A stretch of 34,371 nucleotides of DNA from a virus. The translations under genes were made by a program, and so were the position numbers. Where the stretch lies: IMG/VR virus record IMGVR_UViG_3300045988_078968, one strand, 5' to 3'. The notes beneath the pieces were generated by a model. That model was not told the origin of the DNA. It searched no databases and saw only the letters and a program-made list of their open reading frames with translations. Shown piece after piece: positions 1 to 9,154 of the stretch. Positions within the stretch are counted from its first letter, which is position 1; each line of letters opens with the position of its first letter.

Positions 1-77
1 TATGAAGCTTTCTACCAGAAGACCATTGAGCCAATCATTGTGCAGCTATCCCAGGAGTTCACCCGGGTGCTTTTCAG
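1..77. repeat. Terminal overlap identical to 34295-34371 (circular assembly overlap)
   Basis: Read directly: bases 1-77 equal the last 77 bases. The repeat lies inside the portal reading frame and keeps it in frame. Confidence 0.9.
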
Positions 78-354
78 CGAGACGGAAAGCGAGAGCTATG
101 GCCATAAAATTCAGTTCTTTGCAAAAGAACTAATTTTTATGTCAACTGAGCAAAAAATCAACATGATCAACCTGCTGGCCCCAACCGGTGCCATGTTCGA
201 GAACGAGAAGCGGGCGGCCTTTGGTATGCACCCGCTGCCGGAGCTGGCGGGCAAGCGGTATCAGTCCCTGAACTGGATTGATGCAAACAAGGCCGGAGAA
301 TACCAGACCGGCAAGGAAAACCAGGACAATGGAGGTACTGGGAATGAAGAATAA
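1..354 (+). CDS. Portal protein, C-terminal part (continues from 33398-34371 across the circular junction)
   Basis: The frame is open from base 1 to TAA at 352-354 and is in frame with the ORF starting at 33398 once the 77-bp overlap is collapsed. The joined product is about 416 aa. Confidence 0.85.
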   Translation, partial: YEAFYQKTIEPIIVQLSQEFTRVLFSETESESYGHKIQFFAKELIFMSTEQKINMINLLAPTGAMFENEKRAAFGMHPLPELAGKRYQSLNWIDANKAGEYQTGKENQDNGGTGNEE

Positions 355-979
355 CGAGCTGCAGCGGCGGTCCTACGCTTTCGAGGTACGGGCCGACAAG
401 GACGACCAGGGCGGTAACATTATCACCGGGCGGCCAATCGTCTATGACAAAATGACAGACCTGGGCTGGTTCGATGAAATCATCGAACGGGGCGCCCTGG
501 ACAAGACCAACCTGCAGGACGTGCGTTTCCTTGTGAACCACGACACCAGCAAGATTCCCCTTGCCAGAAGCCGGAAGAACAACAAAAACAGCACCATGCA
601 GCTGACCGTGGACAATGACGGCATGGCTATCCGGGTGACCCTGGACACTGAAAACAACGCCGACGCCCGCAGCCTTTACTCCGCTGTGCAGCGGGGAGAC
701 ATCAGCGGCATGTCCTTTATGTTCAGCATTGACGACGAAGAGTGGGAAAACCTTGAAAGCGACCATCCCACCCGACACATTAGGAAAATCGGCACGGTGG
801 TGGAAGTCTCCGCCGTGACGTTCCCCGCCTATGAGCAGACCGAAATCAGCACACGATGCAAGGAGACGCTGGACAGCGCCCGGCAGGCGGTGGACACCGC
901 CCGGCAGCAGCGTGGCGAGGTGGACACCTCCAAGCTGGAACTGGAAAAGCTCAAGGCGAAATATCTTTACAACCTTTGA
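344..979 (+). CDS. HK97-family prohead maturation protease
   Basis: GGAGG at 331-335 precedes ATG 344. The sequence (RSYAFEVRA...GRPIVYD...FLVNHD) and the position between portal and capsid are typical of S78/U35 prohead proteases. Confidence 0.85.
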   Translation: MKNNELQRRSYAFEVRADKDDQGGNIITGRPIVYDKMTDLGWFDEIIERGALDKTNLQDVRFLVNHDTSKIPLARSRKNNKNSTMQLTVDNDGMAIRVTLDTENNADARSLYSAVQRGDISGMSFMFSIDDEEWENLESDHPTRHIRKIGTVVEVSAVTFPAYEQTEISTRCKETLDSARQAVDTARQQRGEVDTSKLELEKLKAKYLYNL

Positions 980-1003
980 CATTACCCGAAAGGAGAAAAC
1001 ACC

Positions 1004-2290
1004 ATGAGAGATTTTCTGAACAGACTGATTTCCTCCAAGGAGAAGCGTGCTGCTGAGCTGCGCAAGCTGATCAAGGAGGCCAGCACCGCCGACGAGGTGA
1101 GAAGCTTGGGCGATACCCTGCAGGCCGTCCTGGACGAGCTGAACGACGCCAAGAAGCAACTGGAAGACCTGCCCGACGATAACGGCGAGGGCGGCGATAA
1201 CGGCGACGGCGGCGAGGGCCGCAGCGCCAACCCCATCGACCAGGGCCGCAGCGCCAACCCTGTGAGCCACCTGGGCGAGTTCCGCCAGAGAGCCCAGTAT
1301 GGCCAGCCCAACGGCCAGAGCGCAGACGCCACCGATTCTGTGGAGTACCGGCAGGCGTTTATGGACTATGTTATGAGGGGCACCCCCATTCCCACGGAGC
1401 TGCGTGCCACTACTCTGACCACCGACGTTCCGGCCGTGATCCCCACCACCCTGATCAACCGGATCATGGAGCGCATGGACGAGGTTGGCACCATCCTGAG
1501 CCTGGTTACCCGCACCAGCTACCCTGCAGGGGTGGAAGTGCCTGCCAACGTGACCAAGCCCACTGCAACCTGGACCGGCAAAACCGACAGCGGCAGCGGC
1601 GAGGGCAAGGGCAGCACCGCCCAGAAGGTTACCAGCGCAAAGATCACCTTTGCATACTTCAAGCTGCGCTGTGAGGTTTCCATTTCCATGGAAGTCTCCA
1701 CCATGGCCCTGTCCGCATTTGAGGACCGGCTGACTGCCAACATTGCCAATGCCATGGTGAGCGCCATTGAAACGGCCATCATCAACGGCACCGGCACCGG
1801 CGAGCCCAAGGGCATCCTGGCGGAGACCCCCAACGCAGGCCAGACCATCGAAGTGGCGAAAGCTGGGGCTCTGGACTATGCCACACTGTGCAAGGCCGAG
1901 GCTGCTGTCCCTGCCAAGTACGAGAAGGATGCCAAGTGGCTGATGTCCAAGAAAACCTTTATGTCCTTTGTCGGCATCACGGACGCAAATGGCCAGCCTA
2001 TTGCCCGTATGAACTACGGTATCAGCGGCAAGCCTGAGCGCTTCCTGCTGGGCCGTGAGGTGGTCATCACCGAGGATATTGCCAACTATGCGGCGACCGT
2101 TACCGCAGACACCAAGTTTGCGGCCATCTTCTCCCTGCCCGACTACGTTCTGAATACCATCTATGACCTGGGTATCAAGCGTAAAGAAGACTGGGACACC
2201 GAAGACCAGCGCACCAAGGCGGTCATGTCCGTGGACGGTAAGGTGGTTGACAAGGGCAGCCTGGTGGTCCTTGTCAAGAAATCTGCCTGA
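1004..2290 (+). CDS. Major capsid protein, HK97 fold, with N-terminal coiled-coil delta/scaffold domain
   Basis: 428 aa directly after the protease. It has a charged helical N-terminus followed by a capsid-like body, and GAAAGGAG precedes the ATG. Confidence 0.9.
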   Translation: MRDFLNRLISSKEKRAAELRKLIKEASTADEVRSLGDTLQAVLDELNDAKKQLEDLPDDNGEGGDNGDGGEGRSANPIDQGRSANPVSHLGEFRQRAQYGQPNGQSADATDSVEYRQAFMDYVMRGTPIPTELRATTLTTDVPAVIPTTLINRIMERMDEVGTILSLVTRTSYPAGVEVPANVTKPTATWTGKTDSGSGEGKGSTAQKVTSAKITFAYFKLRCEVSISMEVSTMALSAFEDRLTANIANAMVSAIETAIINGTGTGEPKGILAETPNAGQTIEVAKAGALDYATLCKAEAAVPAKYEKDAKWLMSKKTFMSFVGITDANGQPIARMNYGISGKPERFLLGREVVITEDIANYAATVTADTKFAAIFSLPDYVLNTIYDLGIKRKEDWDTEDQRTKAVMSVDGKVVDKGSLVVLVKKSA

Positions 2291-2314
2291 TAAGGAGAAA
2301 GGACGGCGGCAAGC

Positions 2315-2980
2315 ATGGCAATGACTAAGGCGCAGCTGCTGGATGAAGTAAAGGCCACCCTGAACATCACGGGTGACTACTCCGACGGCAGCCTGAACAA
2401 CTATATCAACGAGGTAAAGGCGTTCCTGTCTGACATTGACGTGCCTGCCTCCATCTTGAATTCCGAGGCCGTTGTGGGCATCGTCTCCCTGGGGGTGGAT
2501 TCCCTCCGGGAGACCGGCGGCCTGTCCGAGTATTTCAAGCAGCGGGCTATCCAGCTGCGGCTGAAACCTGCGGACACCCCGGAACCCCCGGAGCCGACGC
2601 CCACCAAAATGGTCCGTCTCTGCGGCATCACGGAAAATGCTTCCTATGCCTATGACCAGCCATTTGTCGAGCCGGAAGAAAACGGCATTTTCCAGTATGG
2701 GGACCGCTATTTCATCAAATTCAGCCAGATGCTGATATCGAAAACCCGGGACATTCCTGCAAATTCCCAGATTCAGGTGGCAAAAATCGACGACGAGACG
2801 TATTACCCCGTCACTGACCTGCTGATGACAGGATATTGTACCATCGGAAACGAGATTCTTTCTGCCCTGTTCCGGCTGTGGCCAGGTGGAATGATATCCG
2901 TATTGACACCGGCCATTATTCCGCAGGGCAAAGATTTCATCCCGGATATTTCCGCAGAGTATAGCGGGGTGAGAGCATGA
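2315..2980 (+). CDS. Head-tail connector (gp6-like) with an extra C-terminal domain of unknown function
   Basis: The first ~90 aa (KAQLLDEVKATLNITGDYSD...YINEVKAFL) resemble phage gp6-like connectors. About 120 further residues follow a Pro-rich linker. Confidence 0.6.
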   Translation: MAMTKAQLLDEVKATLNITGDYSDGSLNNYINEVKAFLSDIDVPASILNSEAVVGIVSLGVDSLRETGGLSEYFKQRAIQLRLKPADTPEPPEPTPTKMVRLCGITENASYAYDQPFVEPEENGIFQYGDRYFIKFSQMLISKTRDIPANSQIQVAKIDDETYYPVTDLLMTGYCTIGNEILSALFRLWPGGMISVLTPAIIPQGKDFIPDISAEYSGVRA

Positions 2981-3330
2981 GCCGGTATAAACCATCCAAA
3001 AAGTTTGATGTGCCCATGCTGCTCTATGTGGTCACCGGCACCGAGACAAAAATGGGCGTCCCCGTCAAAACCTACGACACGGAGGGCCGCCTGTTCTGGG
3101 GCAGTTTTGCCAGCTACGGCGGCACAGAGACCCAGGTCAATGGTCTGCTGAGTGTCCAGGACACGGCCACGGTAGAAACCTATTTCCGCCCGGATTTTGC
3201 TTCCTCTGCCCGGGTGGCCCTGGCGAATGAACCTAAAAAGCTCTATGAAATCGTGGGAGAGCCCGAAAACATAGAGCAGCGGAATCATTACTGTAAATTT
3301 AAGGTGACCAGGGTCAAGGGTGGTGTCTGA
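2977..3330 (+). CDS. Head closure / head-tail adaptor protein
   Basis: 117 aa with an ATGA overlap with the upstream gene. Size and synteny match the HK97/SPP1 gp16-type head-tail joining protein. Confidence 0.7.
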   Translation: MSRYKPSKKFDVPMLLYVVTGTETKMGVPVKTYDTEGRLFWGSFASYGGTETQVNGLLSVQDTATVETYFRPDFASSARVALANEPKKLYEIVGEPENIEQRNHYCKFKVTRVKGGV

Positions 3331-3332
3331 TC

Positions 3333-3770
3333 ATGGCCAGGCGAAAAAACGGCTTTGACATCACTGCCCTGGAAAAGTACGCAGACCAGCTGCAGGAAGC
3401 CGGGGGCATGGCTGCCGTCAAGCGAGCGGTGCAGGGCGGTATGCTTGCCACAAAGAAGCAGGTAAACGCAGAAGTAACCACCGCCATGCAGTCCGGCAAC
3501 CTGCCTGCCGGGGGTAAATACTCCACCGGCGACACCATGGGACACCTGAATGAGGAAATGACCGTGGACTGGGAGGGAAATATGGCCCGGCTGAAATTGG
3601 GCTTTAACATGGAGGGCGGCGGTATCACCAGCATTTTTCTGATGTACGGCACCCCCCGCCATGCCCCCGCCTCCGGTCTCCGGGAAGCGCTGAAAGAGCA
3701 CCCGAAGAAGATTTCCCGGAAGAAGATGCAGGAGGCCTGCGTGAAAATCCTTGAAAGGCTGGGAAAGTAA
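3333..3770 (+). CDS. HK97 gp10-family tail component
   Basis: 145 aa with an MARRKNGFD N-terminus, at the conserved position between the head closure and tail completion genes. Confidence 0.6.
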   Translation: MARRKNGFDITALEKYADQLQEAGGMAAVKRAVQGGMLATKKQVNAEVTTAMQSGNLPAGGKYSTGDTMGHLNEEMTVDWEGNMARLKLGFNMEGGGITSIFLMYGTPRHAPASGLREALKEHPKKISRKKMQEACVKILERLGK

Positions 3771-4115
3771 ATGCCTATTGAATCCGCAATCGAAACCCTT
3801 GAAACCATCTGCCCCAATGTCATACGGCAGGGCAGCATGGCACCCACCGAAGCATACCCGGACCGGTTTATCACCTACTGGGTGGCGGATTCGGCGGACC
3901 AAAACCATTATGACAACGCCGCAGCCGCTACGGTGTGGGAAATGGATGTCAATTATTATTCCATTGACCCACTGGAAACATACAGCGCTTTGGCCAAAGC
4001 CAAGGATTCCCTGCAGGCATCCGGCTGGATCATCAGCGGCAAGGGCCACGACGTGGCCAGCGACGTAACAACCCACCAGGGCCGTGGTTTTACGGCTTTG
4101 TATCTGGAAACCTGA
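3771..4115 (+). CDS. Tail completion / tail terminator-like protein
   Basis: 114 aa, start abutting the previous stop (TAA ATG), immediately upstream of the major tail gene. Called by synteny. Confidence 0.45.
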   Translation: MPIESAIETLETICPNVIRQGSMAPTEAYPDRFITYWVADSADQNHYDNAAAATVWEMDVNYYSIDPLETYSALAKAKDSLQASGWIISGKGHDVASDVTTHQGRGFTALYLET

Positions 4116-4132
4116 GAAAGGAGCTTATAAAC

Positions 4133-4738
4133 ATGGGAGAAAAGAAAATTGTTGACTGGCGTGGTGTCCGTGGCCTGGTGGCTGCCAAGCTGCTGACCGA
4201 TACCTCCGAGGGTGTCACCTACGACACCCCGTTCCCTGTGGCTGGCATCTCCACCCTGAGCAAGACCACGGAGACTTCCAGCGCCACGAAATACTATGAC
4301 AACGAGCCTGCTATTGCCATCAACTCCGTAGGCGGCAACGAGGTGAGCATTGACGCCTCTGCCATCCCGGAGGATGTGCAGGCGAAGCTGCTGGGCGAAT
4401 TCTACGACGAGACCACCGGCATGTATGTCGAAGGAAACCCTGAAATGCCTTATTTTGCCATCGGCTACATTACCAAGAAGACGGACGGCAGCGAGGTCTT
4501 TGTCTGGCGGCTGAAAGGAAAATTCAGCTACCCGGAATCCGAGCACAACACCGAGGACGACGGCACGGACAGCAATGGCAGCACCCTGGTCTACAACGGT
4601 ATTTCCACGCTGCACAGCTTCACCAAGAACGGCGGCCCCGCCAAGGCCGTCAACGTGCTGGCTGAGAAATACAGCAAGGGCGAAGCGAAGTTCTTTGAAA
4701 CTGTCCAGACGCCCGACACTGTCGGCGCAGCAGGATAA
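4133..4738 (+). CDS. Major tail protein (phi13-like family)
   Basis: 201 aa preceded by AAAGGAG. The sequence resembles siphovirus phi13-family major tail proteins, and the gene sits upstream of the chaperone pair. Confidence 0.8.
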   Translation: MGEKKIVDWRGVRGLVAAKLLTDTSEGVTYDTPFPVAGISTLSKTTETSSATKYYDNEPAIAINSVGGNEVSIDASAIPEDVQAKLLGEFYDETTGMYVEGNPEMPYFAIGYITKKTDGSEVFVWRLKGKFSYPESEHNTEDDGTDSNGSTLVYNGISTLHSFTKNGGPAKAVNVLAEKYSKGEAKFFETVQTPDTVGAAG

Positions 4739-4743
4739 GCAAA

Positions 4744-4772
4744 GGCACCGGCTGGGCCATCTGGCCGGTGCC
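4744..4772 (+). terminator. GC-rich stem-loop after the major tail gene (attenuator-like, no U tract)
   Basis: ggcaccggc (4744-4752) is perfectly complementary to gccggtgcc (4764-4772). Confidence 0.35.
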
Positions 4773-4793
4773 AAACCATAGGAGGGATACCCC

Positions 4794-5153
4794 ATGAAAC
4801 TGAAGATTTACACAGACGAGAGCTTTTCCACCGTCCGAGAAGTGCGGGAAGTGCCCCGCATGAAAGTGCCCTACCGCACGGCTGAGGCGGTCCTGGGCCT
4901 GTTTGTCGATATGGACCTGAATCATATGGACACCAACAAGGTCCTGGCCGTCGTGCTGAAAAACACCCAGCATATTACCGCCGTCGTCCGGGCCACGTTC
5001 GGCCTGCCCGAGGAGGACCTGCCCTTTATCGACCTGATGGAGCTGAGCGACCTTGCCCGGGAAATTATCACCTACGTCATGGGCAAAATCGCTGAGTTGG
5101 GAGCCGGAGACGATGCCCCAAACGCCCAGGCGCAGGCGCAGGCACAGGCCTGA
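4794..5153 (+). CDS. Tail assembly chaperone, G-like short product
   Basis: 119 aa ORF between the major tail and tape measure genes, preceded by AGGAGG. Confidence 0.8.
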   Translation: MKLKIYTDESFSTVREVREVPRMKVPYRTAEAVLGLFVDMDLNHMDTNKVLAVVLKNTQHITAVVRATFGLPEEDLPFIDLMELSDLAREIITYVMGKIAELGAGDDAPNAQAQAQAQA

Positions 5154-5383
5154 CGCTTGCGCAAAACTGGCACGACATCAAGCTGGCACTGTGCACAGCC
5201 TACCCAGGACTTGACCCCATCCGCCTGCTGGACTATCCCCTGACCGACGTTCTGGACCTGATGCAGCAGCACCTGGATCATGTGCAACGCTCACGGAAGC
5301 AGGCTGCGGGCTCCCGCAGCCACAGACCCGTGAAGGACAGCGGGGAAGTAATTTACAGGCAGGCCGGGGATGACTGGTTTTAA
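4794..5383 (+). CDS. Tail assembly chaperone G-T fusion made by -1 programmed frameshift at 5117-5123
   Basis: The -1 frame is open from 5096 to TAA at 5381-5383. It encodes ...LTLAQNWHDIKLAL...AGDDWF and ends just before the tape measure start. Confidence 0.7.
5117..5123 (+). promoter_or_regulatory. Slippery heptamer C CCA AAC (X XXY YYZ) for the -1 frameshift
   Basis: In the zero frame the codons read gcC CCA AAC. A possible stem, caggc (5127-5131) with gcctg (5148-5152), starts 4 nt downstream. Confidence 0.65.
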
Positions 5384-5400
5384 CGAGGAGGTGAGGACGC

Positions 5401-8295
5401 ATGGCAACGGAAGAAGTAACCACAAAATTAAATATTGACATAACACAGTTCAAAAAGGCTTTGTCTGATGCAAACCGCTATATCCGTATGGCTGGCAGCG
5501 AATTCGACGAAGCTTCCGCCGGAATGGACAAGTGGAGCGATAGCACCGACGGCCTGAAAGCCAAAATCCAGCAGCTGAACAAGGTGCAGGATGCCCAGCA
5601 GGTCATTGTGGATGCCCTGCAGCAGGAATATGACAAAGTGGCCGCTGAACAAGGGGAGAGCTCCAAGGCTGCCCAGGAAATGGCCATCAAGCTGAATAAG
5701 GCAAAGGCCGCCCTGACCAAAACAGGGGCAGAACTGCAGCACTATCAGCAAAAACTAGATGACGCTGAAAAGGGCACCGAGGACACGGACAATGCTACTG
5801 GAAAAATGTCCAAGGAATTGGACAAGGCTTCCTCTGCCGCAAAGGACACGGGAAAAGCCACCGGACAAATGTCTACTGCTTTCGACAAGGCTGGAAAGGC
5901 TGCCGGTACCCTGGTTAAAAACCTGGCGAAAATCGCCGGGAAAACGGTGGTGGCCGGTATCAAAGGCATTGCCGCTGCCTCCGGCGCTCTGGTGACGGCT
6001 TTCCTGGCCAGCGGCGAGGCATCTAAGGAGTACATGGTCAACATGGGCAAGCTGGACACGGCTTTCACCCAGAACGGCCACAGCGCCGAAAATGCGCAAA
6101 AAGCATACACCGACCTTGTGGGAATTCTGGGCGAAACCGACCAATCCGTGGAAGCTGCCAACCATCTGGCCAAACTAACTGACAACGAGCAGGACCTGGC
6201 AAAATGGACCGGTGACATTCTGCCCGGCGTTTTCGCTACCTTTGGTGACAGCTTGCCCATTGAGGGCCTGACTGAGGCGGCCAATGAGACCGCCAAGGTT
6301 GGCCAGGTAACTGGCCCGCTGGCCGACGCCCTGAACTGGGCAGGCGTATCTGAGGACGCTTTCAACGATTCCCTGGCCGCCTGTAGCACGGAGCAGGAGC
6401 GGCAGGCTCTGATTACCGAGACCTTGGTGGGGCTCTACGGCGACGCTGCGGCGGCCTACAAAGAAACCAATGCCGAAGTGATTCGGTCCAACCAGGCAAA
6501 TGACGCATGGATGAAGTCCATGGCGGGTGTGGGGCAGGCGGCTCTGCCGATTACCTCCACCCTGAAACTCATGGGGGCGGCCATTCTGGACGACCTGCTG
6601 CCCAATATTCAGTTGCTTGGCACGTCTTTCAACGATGCCCTGAACGGCTCCAAAACGGCGGCCACAGAAATGGGCAACGCCGTGGGTAGCATTCTGCAGC
6701 AGCTGGGCCAGAAAATCGTGGCGGCCATTCCCACCATCCTGACCGTGGGCGGCTCCATCGTCGCCAGCCTGGTGCAGGGCATCATCACCGCCGCCCCTGA
6801 CATCGGTAACGGAGTAACCCAGATCATTCAGTACCTGATCCAGGCGGCCCCGCAAATGCTGGTTGCCGGGGCATCCCTGGTGCAGTCTCTGGTTGGTGCC
6901 TTTGCTTCAAGTCTGCCGCAGCTGCTGGCTGCGGGTGGCCAGATGATTTCCCAGCTCCTGGACGGCATTGTTTCCGCCGTTCCCAATGTGCTGCAGGGGG
7001 CCGTTTCCGCCGCCGGTGCATTCGTGCAGGGGCTACAGACCAACCTGCCCATTATCCTGGCAAAAGGTGCAGAGCTGATTGGCAAACTGGGCGAGGGCAT
7101 CCGCACGGCGCTGCCGGGCCTGATTTCCCAGGCTCTGGATGTCATCATGAATTTTGCAACAACTCTGTATGACAATGCGCCGACGCTGATCAATACAGGC
7201 TTTGACCTGCTGAGCAACCTGGTGCAGGGCATCCTGGATGCTATTCCTACCCTGCTGGCCAAGGCCCCGGAGATCATCAGCAAGTTTGCCAATATCATCA
7301 ATGACAATTTCCCGACCATCCTGCAGAAGGGCGTGGAATTGATATGGCAGATCATCAAAGGCTTGATTTCCGCTATCCCTACCCTGATCCAGAATATCCC
7401 GAAAATCATTTCGGCCATTGTGGACGTGTGGAGCGCCTTTAACTGGGTAAATCTGGGGAAAAACGCCATTAAGATGCTGAAAAACGGCATCACTGCCATG
7501 ACCGGCGCAGTGAAGACAGCCGGAAAGAATGTCCTGAACTCTCTGACCACGGCGCTGCAATCTCTGCCTGGGAAGCTGCTGGAATTGGGCAAGGGCGCAA
7601 TCGGCCAGATGCGTAACGGTATTACTTCCATGGTGGGAGCGGTCCGGTCTGCGGGTGGAAATGTCTTGACGGCAATCGTCAATGCCATTACAACCCTGCC
7701 CGCAAAGTTGCTTGCGCTGGCCAAGAAAGCCGTTGGAAATATCGGTTCTGGAATAAGCAGCGGAATCGGATTGCTGCGGTCAAAAGCCACTGAAATCATA
7801 AGCACCATTACCAATACCCTGGCATCCCTGCCGTCCAAAATGATGGAAATCGGTAAAAATGCAATCAAGGGCATTATTGACGGCATTGGCTCCATGGTAG
7901 GCGCACTTTATGACAGTATCAAGAATGCGCTGAGCGGCCTGGTTGATAAGGCAAAGCAGGCGCTTGGAATCAATAGCCCATCCAAAGTCCTACGGGAACA
8001 GGTTGGCCGTTGGATTCCCGCCGGTGTGGCTGCTGGCATTGACAAATACAGCAATGTGGCGGACAAGGCAATGGTTGACATGGCTAAGGGAGCCGTTGGC
8101 GCTGCCAATGCCGTCCTGTCTGACAGTAGCATAGACTTTCCTCCCGGCCCAGCAGGAACCGGCGGAGCAGCAGGCACTGGCAGCCGTGGAGGCGTTACCT
8201 ATGTGTATAACCAGACCATTAACAGCCCCAAGGCCCTGAGCCGGAAAGAGATTTACCGTGATACCAAGGATGCCCTGCGGTTTGCAACGGCGTAA
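5401..8295 (+). CDS. Tape measure protein
   Basis: 964 aa, Ala/Gly/Leu-rich and helical, preceded by GAGGAGGTGAGG. It sits after the chaperone pair and has four 44-aa tandem repeats near the C-terminus. Confidence 0.9.
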   Translation: MATEEVTTKLNIDITQFKKALSDANRYIRMAGSEFDEASAGMDKWSDSTDGLKAKIQQLNKVQDAQQVIVDALQQEYDKVAAEQGESSKAAQEMAIKLNKAKAALTKTGAELQHYQQKLDDAEKGTEDTDNATGKMSKELDKASSAAKDTGKATGQMSTAFDKAGKAAGTLVKNLAKIAGKTVVAGIKGIAAASGALVTAFLASGEASKEYMVNMGKLDTAFTQNGHSAENAQKAYTDLVGILGETDQSVEAANHLAKLTDNEQDLAKWTGDILPGVFATFGDSLPIEGLTEAANETAKVGQVTGPLADALNWAGVSEDAFNDSLAACSTEQERQALITETLVGLYGDAAAAYKETNAEVIRSNQANDAWMKSMAGVGQAALPITSTLKLMGAAILDDLLPNIQLLGTSFNDALNGSKTAATEMGNAVGSILQQLGQKIVAAIPTILTVGGSIVASLVQGIITAAPDIGNGVTQIIQYLIQAAPQMLVAGASLVQSLVGAFASSLPQLLAAGGQMISQLLDGIVSAVPNVLQGAVSAAGAFVQGLQTNLPIILAKGAELIGKLGEGIRTALPGLISQALDVIMNFATTLYDNAPTLINTGFDLLSNLVQGILDAIPTLLAKAPEIISKFANIINDNFPTILQKGVELIWQIIKGLISAIPTLIQNIPKIISAIVDVWSAFNWVNLGKNAIKMLKNGITAMTGAVKTAGKNVLNSLTTALQSLPGKLLELGKGAIGQMRNGITSMVGAVRSAGGNVLTAIVNAITTLPAKLLALAKKAVGNIGSGISSGIGLLRSKATEIISTITNTLASLPSKMMEIGKNAIKGIIDGIGSMVGALYDSIKNALSGLVDKAKQALGINSPSKVLREQVGRWIPAGVAAGIDKYSNVADKAMVDMAKGAVGAANAVLSDSSIDFPPGPAGTGGAAGTGSRGGVTYVYNQTINSPKALSRKEIYRDTKDALRFATA

Positions 8296-8307
8296 GGAGG
8301 CAGGCAT

Positions 8308-9150
8308 ATGACCCCAATCATCAAGATTGAAAACGCCAGGGGCGAGGTTCTGAACTTGAGCACAGATACCAGATACCTGCCTATCCTGACAGGCACCGGC
8401 CCCCCTGATGCGACCATCAACCGGGCCAAGGCATCCACCGCTGACGGCACCCAGTACAATTCCGCAACTGTGAACGAGCGGGACCTGGGCCTGACGGTGT
8501 ATCTGCTGGGTGATATTGCCCAGGCCCGGCTGAACCTGTACCGGTGGCTGGGCACAAAGCAGCCGATCACAATCTACTACCAGGCGGACGGCCTGGACGT
8601 GTACACAGAGGGCTACATTGAAAAGGTAGCGGTTGACCCATGGAGCAGCAACCAGTTTGTGGCGGCGACCATCATCTGCCCGCATCCATTCTGGCGGGAA
8701 ATGTCGGACACCTACACCAACGCCAGCAATGTGGTGTCCCTGTTTGAACTGCCGTTCTGGACGGATGACACCGGCATAGAGCTGTCCACATTTTCCACCG
8801 ATAGCTCCACAATTATCAACAACATGGGGACCGTGGAGGCGGGCGTCACCTTTGTTCTGACGGCGACCACCCGCAGCTTTCAGCCGAAAATCTATAATCT
8901 GACCTCTGGCCAGTTTATGGGTTTTTTGGTGGATATGCTGCCGGGCGACCAGCTGGAAATCTGCACCTGCACCGGCCAGAAGCACGTGACCCATATCCGG
9001 GACGGTGTACGGACGAATTACATTAACACCATGATGGAGGGCAGCGCCTGGCTGCAAATGGCCATCGGTGCAAATGAGTTTTCCTACACCGTGGACGATG
9101 GAGATTGCACGCTGGGCATCTACTACACCAACGAATATATAGGAGTGTAA
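8308..9150 (+). CDS. Distal tail protein (Dit, siphovirus tail family)
   Basis: 280 aa directly after the tape measure, preceded by AAGGAGG. The N-terminus is typical of Dit proteins. Confidence 0.75.
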   Translation: MTPIIKIENARGEVLNLSTDTRYLPILTGTGPPDATINRAKASTADGTQYNSATVNERDLGLTVYLLGDIAQARLNLYRWLGTKQPITIYYQADGLDVYTEGYIEKVAVDPWSSNQFVAATIICPHPFWREMSDTYTNASNVVSLFELPFWTDDTGIELSTFSTDSSTIINNMGTVEAGVTFVLTATTRSFQPKIYNLTSGQFMGFLVDMLPGDQLEICTCTGQKHVTHIRDGVRTNYINTMMEGSAWLQMAIGANEFSYTVDDGDCTLGIYYTNEYIGV

Positions 9151-9154
9151 GCCT

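Noticed and set aside
1-77. The 77-bp end repeat as a biological direct terminal repeat or LTR-like element
   Set aside because: It lies inside the portal coding frame and simply closes the circle. It is more consistent with an assembly overlap.
167-2995. Very long reverse-strand ORF (942 aa), and similar ones at 3956-4795, 6828-7895, 7990-9057, 9173-10111, 10220-11254, 21080-21958, 23892-25115, 26771-28105, 29229-30746, 31548-32705 and 33392-34168
   Set aside because: These are shadow ORFs opposite well-supported + strand genes in GC-rich DNA. Their translations are low-complexity (Gly/Ala/Arg/His-rich) and lack RBS and family features.
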